Positions 12,560 to 25,500 of a stretch of DNA of 64,000 nt are shown here, one piece after another; the stretch's first letter is position 1, and the number at the start of each line of letters is the position of its first letter. Both the position numbers and the translations under genes were made by a program. The notes below the pieces were generated by a model. It searched no databases. It saw only the letters and a list, made by a program, of their open reading frames with translations, and was not told the origin of the DNA. The DNA comes from Geosiphon pyriformis uo1. Taxonomy: Eukaryota > Fungi > Glomeromycota. Where the stretch lies: positions 12,976 through 76,975 of the forward strand of contig JAAOMT010000334.1 in assembly GCA_016748015.1 (NCBI GenBank), in the 5' to 3' direction.

Positions 12560-14560
12560 TACAGGAGATTCTGGATGAAACTGTTCTCCCAGCGACACGA
12601 ACGAAACGAAAATCTCGGCGAAGCTGACAAAGACGGCGAATACGACGAGGACGAAGATGTATATTTTCTAATTAAATTCTGAATTTTTTCAAATTATATT
12701 TAATCCCATTATTTCATGTTGGTTTGCCACCTGTCGAATAATTATGATGAATTTATCTCTTATTTCACGTTTTAGGAAGAGCAACAAGAAGATGAAGATC
12801 CTGTCATAAGTGGGGTTGTTACTGGTCACACAATTTGCTCTTCTACTGATAAAGTAAGTCTTCTCGATAGAGCTATGAAATTGTACTTTGATTCATGGAA
12901 TGGCAATTTTAATCATTTTAATATACGTGCAAAAGCCAGCTCAAGCAGACAATACACTTCTAACGTGGGAGCTTGATTCGTCTATGCCAAGTTGGCTAAC
13001 CAAGCTTGCTCAGAGTCATTTCTCTCTCATATCCAGTGTAAATCAGTGAGAAGCAATGACAAAGTAAGCACTAATTGTTCACTTGCTCTCTGTATCTGTT
13101 CCTGGTGGACTTTATTGTAACTCTCTATTCCTATAACAGAGCTTTGTATTGGAAGATCGTCGATGGATCAAACCCTGCCGTGATCTCCGAGTTTTCACCA
13201 GAGGAGTTTGAAGAATTAAATGCCATGTCTGCCTCCATATTCAAACGTGGGGGCTCGGAAAAAGAAAACTTGGAGCCATCTGCGGAAAGATGCCTCCAAA
13301 TACTTGACAAAGTAAAATGATGACATGAAAGAACCTCTCAATCTTGATAATATCTACTTTTCTCCAGCTTGACTGGAAGCAATTGAAATTTTTTGGTAAC
13401 CTTGTCAAGATTAAAGGGATTCAAGGAGCAGTACAAGAGGTTCGGAAGTTATCGAAGGGTTTTGAAAAGAAATTTGATCATGATCAAGGTTTGTTTTAAG
13501 ATGAAATAGTGATCTACAAGAGGAAGACTGTCTAGAGGATGATGTCGGCTATATTTTTGAATTGCTCCGCTATGCGTAAGTTAATTTTATCAGCGCATTA
13601 TGTGCTCTTATTGATATGCAGAACTTTAGATTAATATTTTTCATTGCCACTTTGATAGATACGAGTGGATCAAGAAATCGATTCCTCAGCGTCATAACTC
13701 TGAGCGGGATGTAGATGTATTTGTCAAAACTCCCATCTTCTCTTGCTTGGATAGTGTTGCGGACCAACACTTGTGAGTGCTATTTCCCTCATTGTGTTTA
13801 TCGATCTTGTAATTGATACTTATATTTTATTTATTTTTTTGACCTGATTAGTGGGGAGATGGTCTCACGGGAATCCCAAAATCGCCGAGAAAGTTCTTTA
13901 GATTCCCCAGATAATGCTGAAGGATAACATTTGGATTGGATGTTCACGGTATGTTCAATACTCAGAATTCTTTTATTTTCTGTGACATCCTGGTTGTTAA
14001 AAGAATTTCTTTGGCAGTGTCATGATCTTTCAAATGAGTCTTGGGTCAAGAATTTTCCATGTGTGAAGTCGCAGGATCCAAACTCGAAAACAAACTAAAG
14101 ATTTTGTCAGACACGCTCAGAGTTCAAAAAACCATGTGAGATATGCACAAGACTTTAATCAAGGATGTTTACACGGCTGAAAATGGAGCAGTCTCAAAAT
14201 CAGTACTGAATACCTTCACGAAACTTTTGCTGCCAAGATTTGTTTCTTCCTATTTTTTATCCGCACAATCCTTGTTGTTTACATCGGTGCCGGATTTTAC
14301 GCATCGATTCAACGGTCGGAATTCAATATTCCTGCTACCTATGACCAACTTGGGTATATTGTCAAAATTGTACGTGAAATAACATTTCGTGGTTTTGTGA
14401 TATACAGAAAATATTCGTTCTACAATATCAGCGTTTAAGGCAATTAATGCAAGAGCGGAGGGAGAAAAATTTGAACCAGGAAGAATACAAATAATCAAAT
14501 GTCCGCTATAATTTGGCACGCAGAGAAAAAAACGCATTGCTAGGAAAGTAAGTTTATTAT
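12560..14560 (+). pseudogene. Decayed intron-containing Crinkler-like / restriction-endonuclease-fold gene
   Basis: GC-richer exon-like blocks with GT/AG boundaries; acidic N-terminal exons; WGEMVSRESQNRR...G*HLDWMFT and EFSMCEVAGSK...DTLRVQKTM*DM segments typical of Mucoromycota PD-(D/E)xK-like C-termini; in-frame stops and frameshifts. Confidence 0.55.
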
Positions 14561-15039
14561 GTCTCATGTATATTGTAATGAATGCATCGAAAACGTTCTT
14601 AATTGTCTTTTACGAATTTTCCCACGCTATCAACGAAAACAGTATCGAAGCCGGGCCTATCCGTAGATCTAGAGAATCCTTTTCTCTAAACAAGTTTGCA
14701 GGTGGAGTTGGGCACGCATTATTAGTACTACGTATTCTTGTAGGGAAGGAAATAGCTAGGTAGGGTTCACAGTGCCATAAAAGCAGGGCTTGGTAGATAG
14801 AACAAAGTGTCGGAAGCCATTTGCAACCTATTTTATTGAATTACCTATGAAATTTACCAACAATTATATGCCACTTCTATTAGAAGAATAAATCCATCTT
14901 ACTAAGAAGATATTTCAGGATAAAGCCAACAAGAATTAAATTATAAGAAACAAGAATTACCAAAACTACCTAAGAACCGAGGAAAAATTGAAAATATCAG
15001 AAGAGAAATATATATAAGCATTCCTTTATATTTTTAATG

Positions 15040-16110
15040 TGCTACGTAGAGGAAATTTTACAAAACAAGGCAAACTGAACATAAAATATATTGTGTGGTT
15101 ATGAAAACTGAATACAAAAAAAAACAATTGAGTTCTTGAAAATAGGCTGTAGTTTTGGTTGCTTTTCCAAAGTTCCAAAGGAAGCATTTGCCTAGATGCA
15201 CAAGGCTTTTCAAGCTCTTTCCAGGGTAGAAGAAGACATCTTATTAATGGCCCAACTCAAAGCTATGGATGGTGGATCCATAAGTGCTAGTCGCTGTCTT
15301 AAGAAAAAAGCTCGTGTTAATAAAAGAATTTATACTGCTGAGACCGTAATACATCTCTTTGCCAAAAAACCTATTTGAATATGCTGGGAATTGGCCATGC
15401 CCATTTCGAAAATATCCGAAACCATTTGCTAAAGAACGGCCTTCTTTCTCGAGTTTATGGCAATATAAAAAGAATGCTGCAATGAAAAACCAAGATGGTT
15501 ATTAGCAATAATATGGCTATCATAGTAAAGAATTTTTTCTTAAATTATGCTAAAATCCATGGGTTACCTAGTCCAGTCAGAAACATCAATTGGATTAGAC
15601 AAATAACAAAAATACAAAGTTGGTATAAGAACAAAGAAAACTCGTCAATTTACACTCACTAGAAAATAATTAAATCCGATATTGCAGCATTGATGCTACC
15701 ACTCATTACAGTTATGATTGAGTCCAAAATTTCCATGTGTCTCATTCAGATCAGCAAATTGGAAAAGTGTATTTATTTGGTATCCAAGATGAAGTGATGC
15801 GTGAGCAAATTTATTATGTTCTTGATAAGAATGAGCTATTTGAAAATGGTTCGAAGCAATTAAATAGAGATAAAAAGTATTTGAAAATTACTTGTGACAA
15901 TACAGGGAGACAAAACAAAAATAACATCACACTTTGATTTTACTTGTATTTGGTAATTTGCAGGTATTATAAAACTATTGAATTGAACTTTATGGTTTCA
16001 GACTATGCTAAATTTAAATGTGATGGTAGTTTGGTTTGATTAAAAGACTTTATTGTAAAACTACAGTGAACTGTATAGACTATGTCACAGAGGTGGTTAA
16101 AAGATCTAGC
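15040..16110 (+). mobile_element. Decayed DNA-transposon transposase (DNxxxQNKN ... FMVxxxxKFxCDxxFG type; Sola/DUF7869-like)
   Basis: Fragments KVYLFGIQDE, LKITCDNTGRQNKNN, IELNFMVSDYAKFKCDGS(F)GLIK; multiple stops. Superfamily assignment is tentative. Confidence 0.6.
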
Positions 16111-17214
16111 ATCACTAATTGAAAAACTTACTCTAATTAGAAAAAGTAGAATTGGCAAAAGAGAAGTAAATATAGAAAATAATGAACAGCACTACTACTC
16201 TGTTGAAAGAATTGATATTATTGATATTTACAATACTGAAAGAGTAGATAATTGGTTACTGGATGAATTATATAAGTTAAATAATAAAAAATTATTGTGT
16301 TAATAAATAAAAAGTTTAATAAGATAATGAGAAAAAGATATGCTCCTTATGAAGAACCAACCGGAAATATATAATTGTGGTTAATGCTCGAGAAGTAAAA
16401 AAAAAACTAATAATTATATGGAAGATTATTTCTAGACCTTTTGCATATACCATTGAGATTTTTTTGTGAGCTTCTGTAGTTTTCTCTTCCACATGATTAC
16501 ATTCACATTCCTTTCTCTTCTCCCGAATATTTCATTCATTATATTTAACAAATTGATAGAAAAGAAGAAAACACAGGAGAAATAATAAATCACTAGCATA
16601 GAAGTTAAAAGCAATTTTTGTTCTAATTATTATGGTAAAGACAATAAGGCTATTGATGAAATAATAACCTGTTATTAGAGGATTGTAGAGAGAAAATTTT
16701 AAATTACGAATTATACAAATGCAAGAGATGTGGATTTGCAAACCAAAATCGATTTAAATTTTTTAGTATACTTGTGGTTGGTGAAGAGGGAAATAGAAGA
16801 AAAAGATCATCTGCTTTATCTCATCTGGAGGAATGGTTGTTTTTATGAGATGTAATAAACGACTTATAAGAACAATTGCCGAAGAAAGAGAAAGATCATG
16901 GAAAGCCTGAAGAGTGAGGTAAAAGACAAAAAACAAGAACTTTTAAATAGAATAAAAGAGTTAGAGAGATGTTGAATGACTAAAAAAACTAATTCCACAA
17001 AAATTAGTAAATAAAATAGAGATCAATTCTCATAGAAGGTTTTAATCTAACAATATTTGAAATTACAGATTTTAATCAATTAGATGCTTATGTGACGTCA
17101 GATGTTCATTTTGTTACAGTACGCCCTATTCTAAAAAAAGAAATGGTAAAAATGAAATCTTCGAGCTGATGCACCAAGTGACATCAAATGTTCACTTTGT
17201 CAGGTTTTGTTACA

Positions 17215-18290
17215 GCATGCCCCATATAAAACTTTCATTTTTTATCCAATTCGAATCTAAATAAAAACTCATTTGATATGGTAAATTTATATTATTCCAA
17301 AGCAAAATTTATTTGCAGCTTTGTTTATAATTTATATTAGTATGAATCTGTTGGTCAAAGAATGTAGTAAGCAAAAGCTAATCTCCTTCTGGAGTGACGG
17401 TGAACGTTCTGGTCTAAAATTAAGTAAAATCACTAAACTACCTATGATACAATTTCAAAAATTGGAAAACTGAGTAAGATTTTAATAATAAAATTACAGA
17501 ACATATGTTGAGAAAAGTTGTTCAATATGTTCATAAGAATTCTTCTTTGTTTTGCAAAAAATTCTTAAACTAGATACAAAGGTGTAGACATTTCATATTA
17601 CACAATTGGCAGACATTTGAAATCACTTGAATAGATGAAAAGCTTGTCAATTATTACACTAATGCTCACCCAAGTTCAAAAGTAGGAACGTACTGAATGG
17701 GCCAATTTCATCTTAATTATAGCTGGAAAAAATCATATTTTCGGATGAAAAAGCATTTCAACTGTTCCCAAATACAATTTAACATCGGTACAAAAGAAAA
17801 TTGTTAATTGTTCCAAGACCAAAAGATTTGTACAAAACATTTGCATGGGAAGTTTTTGCATGAAGGGAAAACCCAGCTTATTTTGTTTTCAGCATGTCAT
17901 GGATGCTAAATTTTATATTGAAAGTTTGCAACAACATGTCGGAGAAATTATTGAAAGAAGTGATGCTTTCAACAGAATAATGATCCCAAACATACGAGTC
18001 GAGTAGTTAAGGTGCTTATCGCGGAAAATGTCCCCAAAGATATTAATTGGCTGTCATATAGCCTGGATCTAAATCCTATTGAAAATCTATGGACAATGTT
18101 AAATATGAAGTAGGAAAACAAATGCTGCAAAATATGGATGATTTGAAGCAATATATAGTTGAAGAATGAAATTCTTTGCTAAAAGACTATGCTAATCAAT
18201 TTAGTAAATTCAATTTCGCGGCGTTGCAAGTTGATTTCCGAGAGTAAAGACAAAAGAATTGCATATAAAATTTTGTATTAATAAAATCAG
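17215..18290 (+). mobile_element. Tc1/mariner (DDE_3) transposon relic
   Basis: WKKIIFSDEKAFQLF, FQQNNDPKHTS, WLSYSLDLNPIENLW motifs; frameshifts and stops; begins at TA|CAG. Confidence 0.85.
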
Positions 18291-19379
18291 TGGCTTTTGG
18301 CCTTTCTAACAATTTATTAATTATATTCGTTTGATATTCGTGGAACTGTGATCAATCAAAAGTTGGAAATTAATTAATTTACAAGTTAAAATAGAAATTA
18401 TCACATATGACTGCAAAAAATAAAAAACTTCATTATTCTTCATTTTTCTTATAAAATCTAGAATTGTTGATATATCATGCAATTAAATTGATTTTCGTCC
18501 TAAAGAAATAGTATTAGAGATGATATGCAATTTGATAAAAATCAAATGTTGTAAATTACATTATGCTTACTCAGGATTAATTTATAACCGAAAGCCTAGT
18601 CGGTGTATGAGTAAATAATAATTGGAGTAAACAATTTACTTTAATAATTGAATCAAGGTCATTTGCAATTTTCATATGATTTTAATTAGACTTATGATAT
18701 TAGTACGATTTCTTTCAACTGGTTGTTAATTTTGTTGAAATCTAAGAAAATTGAATTCAGTCACAAAATTCAACAAACTAATTATGTATTTTAGTTAAAG
18801 AATTAGAATATTTACTATGTTTTAAACAATGAGTATATATACAATATTTTCAAATTATTATTTTACTCTTATTTCAAAATCTTTTAGTTTATTGTTTTGA
18901 ATACCGAATTAAGATGAAGAATAAATCAACAACTTCAGAATAAGATCCTATATTCTTATTTTTAGTGTTATTGAAAATTTCAAAAGACCCTGAACCGTCA
19001 TATGAAAACATAATATTTATTCTTATTTATTTGATCAATGATGATAATATTGGTATATGAAAATGGCTTATAAGATTGAAGTTTACAGAAGTAATGTTTA
19101 TTAGTTTATTCAAATATGTTTATATATATATAATTTTTGATACGGAAACGCTTTACAGCCAATTATCCTCACACTAAAAAATAGAAAATATATAGGATAG
19201 TCTATACTATATTTATAAAGAAACGATTCTTCCCCCAAATTTTTCATCTGTTTCAAGTTAAAGTGCTAACTGATTTTTATCATTACTAACTTAACCAAAC
19301 GCCAAATTCAAATCTTAAAAAAAATAATTATATTAAAAGAATTCTCAAAGATTAAATAATAATAATAAATGAAAAGCTC

Positions 19380-21976
19380 ACCATTTGTAGAAAATGTAGG
19401 TTTCCAAATTATTTGACTTGTATATCTTGTCATATCATGGACCACACCTTTTATCTCTTTGGAATCAAGTTTTTTTCGACGAACAGATTGGTTTAAGTTA
19501 CAATTATCGCGAGCAGCAATAACTCTTTATTGAAGCGCTTCTACACTGTCACGGTAATGTAGATTCTGATTCTAATTTTTTTCCATTACTTCCTGAATAC
19601 ATTGAGGTGTATGCTTTTCGATTATAGGGCTTCTCCCTGAATTATATTCAATTGAATGTACATACGATTTATAACATCATTCCACAGTCTGTCGCCTGAA
19701 ATAATTTCCCAGGAAATGATAGCACAACTATAAATATCGCTGTGCGTGGTATGTGGGGACAGGTTACAAACTTCAGGTACTAGGTATTGAACAACATCAT
19801 AAATTTTGCTCGACTATGGAGCGTTATCGGCAGGACGACAAAACCCAAGATCAGAAATGACAACTTTTAAGGGATTCATTTTCAAAACAAGGATATTTCC
19901 AGGATGTAAGTCCCCATGCACGAGTTTTGGGTCATGTATAAATCTTAGCCCACCAGCGATTTGAAAAAGAATATGAAGTAAAATGTCCCAAGTAAGAGTG
20001 GTTTCGTTCACTTTTAGAAAAGCTCTGAGGTTTTCATATTCTGCAAATGGTAAAACCATAACAAATTCTTTATTTGTAATGTCTTTTGTGATTCCGTAGC
20101 ATTGAAGGATATATTTGCAAGAGGCACAATTAAGATGGGCAATAAACTATTTTTATGCGTTTTTTAGTGTTTGAAAAAGAAAAAGAAAAGTGAATAATAT
20201 AAATCAGAAAAATTGATTAAACGAAATTGCCCCAATTGAATTGACATATTCTATGTTTTGGCTATTTTTAAGAGATTTCAACGCAACTCTGGTAACCCCA
20301 CTTCTCTCATATTTTTGATTTTCCTTGTTCCAAAATAGAATCTTGCCTCTCTCCCATGTACCTTCTCTAACAACACCGAATCCTCCCGTTCCCACCTTTT
20401 CTAAAAATTTGATTTGTTCAGGAGAAATTCACTCTAGACATTCCCTGGAGCTTTCAGAAATATCCTGTGTATGGTATATATAATGACTAATATTTGATAA
20501 TCGTGATGATTCACAAGAGTTACACCAAACTGGATCTTTTAATGTGCGATAACATTCTGGACATTTCGGCAATACATTATTATTACTTTTATCAGGATCA
20601 CAAAATGGACATATAAGAGATCCAGTAATAATTATACCCAAGTTGCCACATTTAAGACACCTGAATTCATCTGAAAGTTGGTCAAAGAAATCTTCAAAAT
20701 CAAAGAACTCTCTTTTAGAAGTACATGGGTATTTTAACCCTCGATTTTGCAATCCCAAAATGAAGCGTTCTAGGTCATTTTGATCCTGTAAAGTGAGTTT
20801 AAGGGCGTTCAAATCAGGAAATTACTTTGATAACTTGAGCTATTTGTCTCTGCTGCTTTCGAATAGATTTCAAATGCTTTTTCTAAGTTTTTCGTGGTTC
20901 ACCATTCATTTTGATAGCACCATTTAAGTTTGTATTTTAAATTTTGATTTCCCGCCTTTGCTGCTTTTAAATAGAATTCGAATGTTTCTTCTAGACTTTT
21001 TATTGTTCCCCATCCATTTCGATAATACATTCGATTATTAGTTTGTGAACTCGAATTTCTCACTTTTTCCAGATCATTCACTGTTTCTAGTCCATTTGGA
21101 TAATATTCTCTGAGACTGAGTTCTCCAAGTAAACCTCCCGCCTCTACTGCTTTTGAATAGAATTCAAATGCTTTTTCATCATTTTTCGTTGTTCCTCGTC
21201 CATTTTGATAACAACTTCCAAGAGCGTTTTGTGCACCTGAATGTCCCGCCTGGGCTACATTTGAATAGAGCTCATATGCTTTTTCTAAGTTTTTCGTCGT
21301 TCCCCATCCATTAGCATAAAATATTCCAAGATTTTATTTTGCCTTTGTATCTCCCGCCTCTGCTGCTTTTGAATAGAGCTCAGATGCTTTTTTCTAAGTT
21401 TTCCGTCGTTCCTTCTCCATATTCATAACAATTTCCAAGAGCTGCTTTTGAATAGAGTTCAAATACTTTTTCTGAGTTTTTTGTTGTTGCTCCTCCATTT
21501 AGATAACAATGTGCAAGATTAAGTTGTGCATCTGAATGTCCCGCCTTTGCTGCTTTTGAATAAAGTTCAATTGCTTTTTCCTCATTTTTCGTTGTTCCTT
21601 CTCCATTTTGATAACAATATGCAAAATTGTATTGTGCTTTTATATCTCCTACCTCTACTGCTTTTTAATAGAGTTCAAATGCTTTTACTCGATCTTTTAA
21701 AGCACCAATTCCATTGTTGTAACAATGGCCTAAAAAGAATTACCCAAAAGAATTTTCTTCATTCGCTGCTTTCTGAATTTCTAAAAACACTTTTTTTAGA
21801 TTAAGAATGGTTCCAATTCCATGTTCTAAAGAAAAGCCGAGCAAAATATTATCTATTCAACGCTTTGAATTTTTCTTATTCAAGAAATTGAACAATTTTT
21901 TTTTGATGACAATTAATGTTCCTTCAAGCCAGTCGAGGGGTAAAGTTGCGTTTTCAATTGAAGAAGTTGAAGACAT
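19380..21976 (-). pseudogene. Sel1-repeat + Cys-cluster + tyrosine-kinase-like kinase pseudogene
   Basis: ~108-bp Sel1 repeats (AQYNFAYCYQNGEGTTKNEEKAIELYSKAA) at ~21900-20830; CxxC pairs; kinase motifs GTGGFGVV, VALKSL, HGDLHPGNIL, ISDLGFC, SDIYS. Many in-frame stops and frameshifts. Confidence 0.85.
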
Positions 21977-22562
21977 GATTTTCAAGCAACACAGAAGGAT
22001 TATCAAACTTTGAAGATTTTAGATGGTTAAGTAAAGATTTTTAAAGAGTTCGTCTTGCTAATAAATAAGGATTTCAACCCATTATTTTGTCAGGTCTCAA
22101 ACGCTAGAATATGAAAATATATATGCTACTTCATAAAGGTTAGGCTCACTCATTTAAATTGCTTAAATGACAAAATGCTTTTCATTATCCTATTGTTATT
22201 GTTAGTTTAAATTAAACCTTAAAATTGAGTTTCAATAGCTCATTAGCAAAATTTTTTTATTTGCATAATTTAGTTCTAAGGTTGCAGATAGCCCTTAAAT
22301 ATTGGTGATAACTTTAGTAACAAGTTTAATATAATTTCCTTGACCCTCGTTTGCATAAGCTCTGATTTAGAAACTGCTTTATAAATTTTATAAATAATTA
22401 ACATGAAAAATCCTAAACCTCGATATTCATTAAAACTTTTAAAGGTTAGATTTCATAATTTATATTACTTAAAGGGGATAATGATCGGAATCAAACTTAA
22501 AATGACTGCGAAGATGTGACTCAAAGTATTATGACTTTGGATTTATGGATATAAACATAAAT

Positions 22563-25500
22563 TCCTTATTTGGTTTACCTGTATGCTATGTGTATCTTTC
22601 AAAAAATTTATTTTCTCTCTTACTGTTAATATTAAAAAAATAACCACTTCTCCATTTAACAAGAATTCTTAAAGTTTGAATGTCTTATTCTTCGAAAGTG
22701 TAAACTGTTACTAACTCAAAGAAGCTTTTGGGACATCAAAACAGGGTATGAATAAATTGTTTTTTACCAACAATTCATTCACAACTATTTTAATTCAATA
22801 TGTGAAAACTTCTTAGCAAGGAAATAATAAAGTATTCAGTAATAATCAAAAAGTATTGTATTTTTATTATTTATATAAAATTAAACTTTAGGCTTAATTT
22901 TTCTGTTAAAAAATTAAAAGTCTATATAAAGTTGTAGCCATTGCATGCTGCATTTTATTTTTGAGTAGTATATTAGAAAGTTATTTTCAAGAAGCCAACT
23001 AGGAAGGTCATCATTTAATTGTTATCTTTGACATTTTGCTGTAATCAAATTTTCATGTATAAATCAATGGAAGCCTTCCCTTCTTTTTAAAATCCTTACT
23101 TTTCCTTTGCCATAAATCACTTGCTTTAATGAAATCACGATAATTTAAAGTGGATATTATCCCACAATTTTTAGAGTATTAATTATTAAATTTCAAATTA
23201 CGGGTTGAAGACAACAATCCAAAACTTTTCTACTTTTAATTACTAATAAATAAGGTTGATTTACATTAAGAATTAAGTTTAATTTTGTTTACCTTCTTGA
23301 GTCTGGGTGAATAATCAGGGAGTAAATGTTCAAATACCTCTAATAATGTTAATCGAAGAAAATCTATAAAACTCCGAAACTACTAAATTTTTGAATACTA
23401 AGAACACTTTTTGATGAATTATTGTAGTTTTTGATTTGCCAAGTTTACATGAACCACATAACCTGTTGAATTGTAAGATAATTTTTATTTAATTCAATCA
23501 GTAAAAAGCAATGAAACCAAACATACCTTAGCAAGATCAGGCATGACGGTACCAAATGTTCCACTAAATGTTGGCTCTTCTTCTGAAGAAAAAGATGCTG
23601 CCTCGCTCGAGGATGAATGTTGAGTATAATATCTGAATTAATCTTATTAGTTGAATATTTTAAAAATGAGCAAGCAGCCAAAGTCAAGAATTTATTTAAA
23701 ATTTACCTGGCCCTCCTACAAAGCAAATGTGCATATCCAACTGGTGTGACCTAAATGGAATTGAACAAAATAGAATAGAATAACATGTTGAAGAAGATGG
23801 GAAACGAAATTTGGTTTTCAAAGTTTACCAAAGAAACTGCTCGCGTGCACCTGTGCGAAATAGTGTGAATAAAGAGTTTCTTTTGAGAAATTTGAAGAGC
23901 TTTGCAAAAAATGATCTGGAAAAAAAATTAAAGTATTCACTCACCTCGCAAATGTATATGTTAAATAATATGTCAAGGTTTGAAGGCTGATAATATTATG
24001 AAATTAAGATGTTGGAAAAGTTTTTACACACAAAAGTTTGAAATATTTGAATATGTGAAAATATTCTACCTATCTGGATCGAATTCATTCTCGTCCCAAA
24101 GAACATGGTAATGCGTTGGACGACTCGTGCCTTGTAAACCGGCATGACTTTGAAGATCTATAAGAAAACGAGTAGAATCAGCTACTCAAAATCTTTCATA
24201 CAACCGTTAGAGATAAACTTACAAAAGTCGAATTCGAAGGGATGGATAATCATAGTCTCGACAACAGTCCCAGGTAAACAATTTCCTGTTCGATCAGCAT
24301 CCTTCCCAATGATAGGGAAAAACCGAGTGTGATGTCTCTTTTGCACGATAACAAATGTAATTGTCGGACGATAAGTTATATCCAAGGATTGGCAGGCTAC
24401 TGGTAAATTAAAAAAAATACAATTGTTATTTTTCTGTAGGAATGATCTCTTGAAACCACATTTACTCAAAGAAATTACCTTTTATCGCCTTAATTTCACC
24501 TTCCATAATTTGAGCAAACTGGCCTTCTGATACACCGTCACGATAAAATAAAATTCTTTCGGGCTTTCGGCCACAAGTCTGGTAAAAATTTTTCAATAAT
24601 TCTCTGACCATATCTGCAAGATCAGAAATAATATCACTTTTCGCAGTTTGGCAGCGAATGGAAGCAGCGTAACGCGAGGCTTTGGCATCCATAGTTGCGC
24701 AAAGAGTAGCGATTGATGGACTTGCCGGGTTATCTATCAAGTTTTATTTTTGAAGTTAGTTGAAAGAAAGTGAAGCATTTTTTTCATTTCCGAACATTAA
24801 AGCTTACTTGGGTTAGAATGAGTGACATCTGCTCCCATGACAATTGTCGGTCTATCGCTAATGAATGGAATATCATTCGATCCCAAAAACCAATTCATTC
24901 CACCGAGCTTCACATTCATTTTTAAACCGACGTTGCCACAATACTGCTTTTTTGCCTGCATCATATGTCGCGCTTGTATACATTGGGTGGCTATCCCGAT
25001 TACAGTATCGCTTACTCGTTTTATCTCTGCGTAAAGCTGCTCTCCAGTATTTGGCAGAACACAAATAATTAATTGTGGTTGAGCATTAGCAGCAGTCCCA
25101 GCACGAAGCCATGCCTGTTTAAGAATCGCATCAATATTTCCTTGAGGATTAGCGTGCAAGATCGGAGGGGCCTTATTTGGTATATTCAAGCCAATTTCTA
25201 TGGCGGTAATAACAAATTCCNNNNNNNNNNNNNNNNNNNNTCCTTATTTGGTTTACCTGTATGCTATGTGTATCTTTCAAAAAATTTATTTTCTCTCTTA
25301 CTGTTAATATTAAAAAAATAACCACTTCTCCATTTAACAAGAATTCTTAAAGTTTGAATGTCTTATTCTTCGAAAGTGTAAACTGTTACTAACTCAAAGA
25401 AGCTTTTGGGACATCAAAACAGGGTATGAATAAATTGTTTTTTACCAACAATTCATTCACAACTATTTTAATTCAATATGTGAAAACTTCTTAGCAAGGA

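Noticed and set aside
17090-17225. Short imperfect direct repeat (gtgac.tca.atgttca.tttgt) as a possible LTR end or CRISPR-like repeat
   Set aside because: Only two imperfect copies; no spacer array and no paired LTR found.
20830-21800. Regular ~108-bp repeats as a possible CRISPR-like array
   Set aside because: They encode Sel1 protein repeats.
23445-25220. A second, PIWI-only Argonaute gene
   Set aside because: Identical to the full gene's 3' half and cut at the N-gap; best explained as an assembly duplication.
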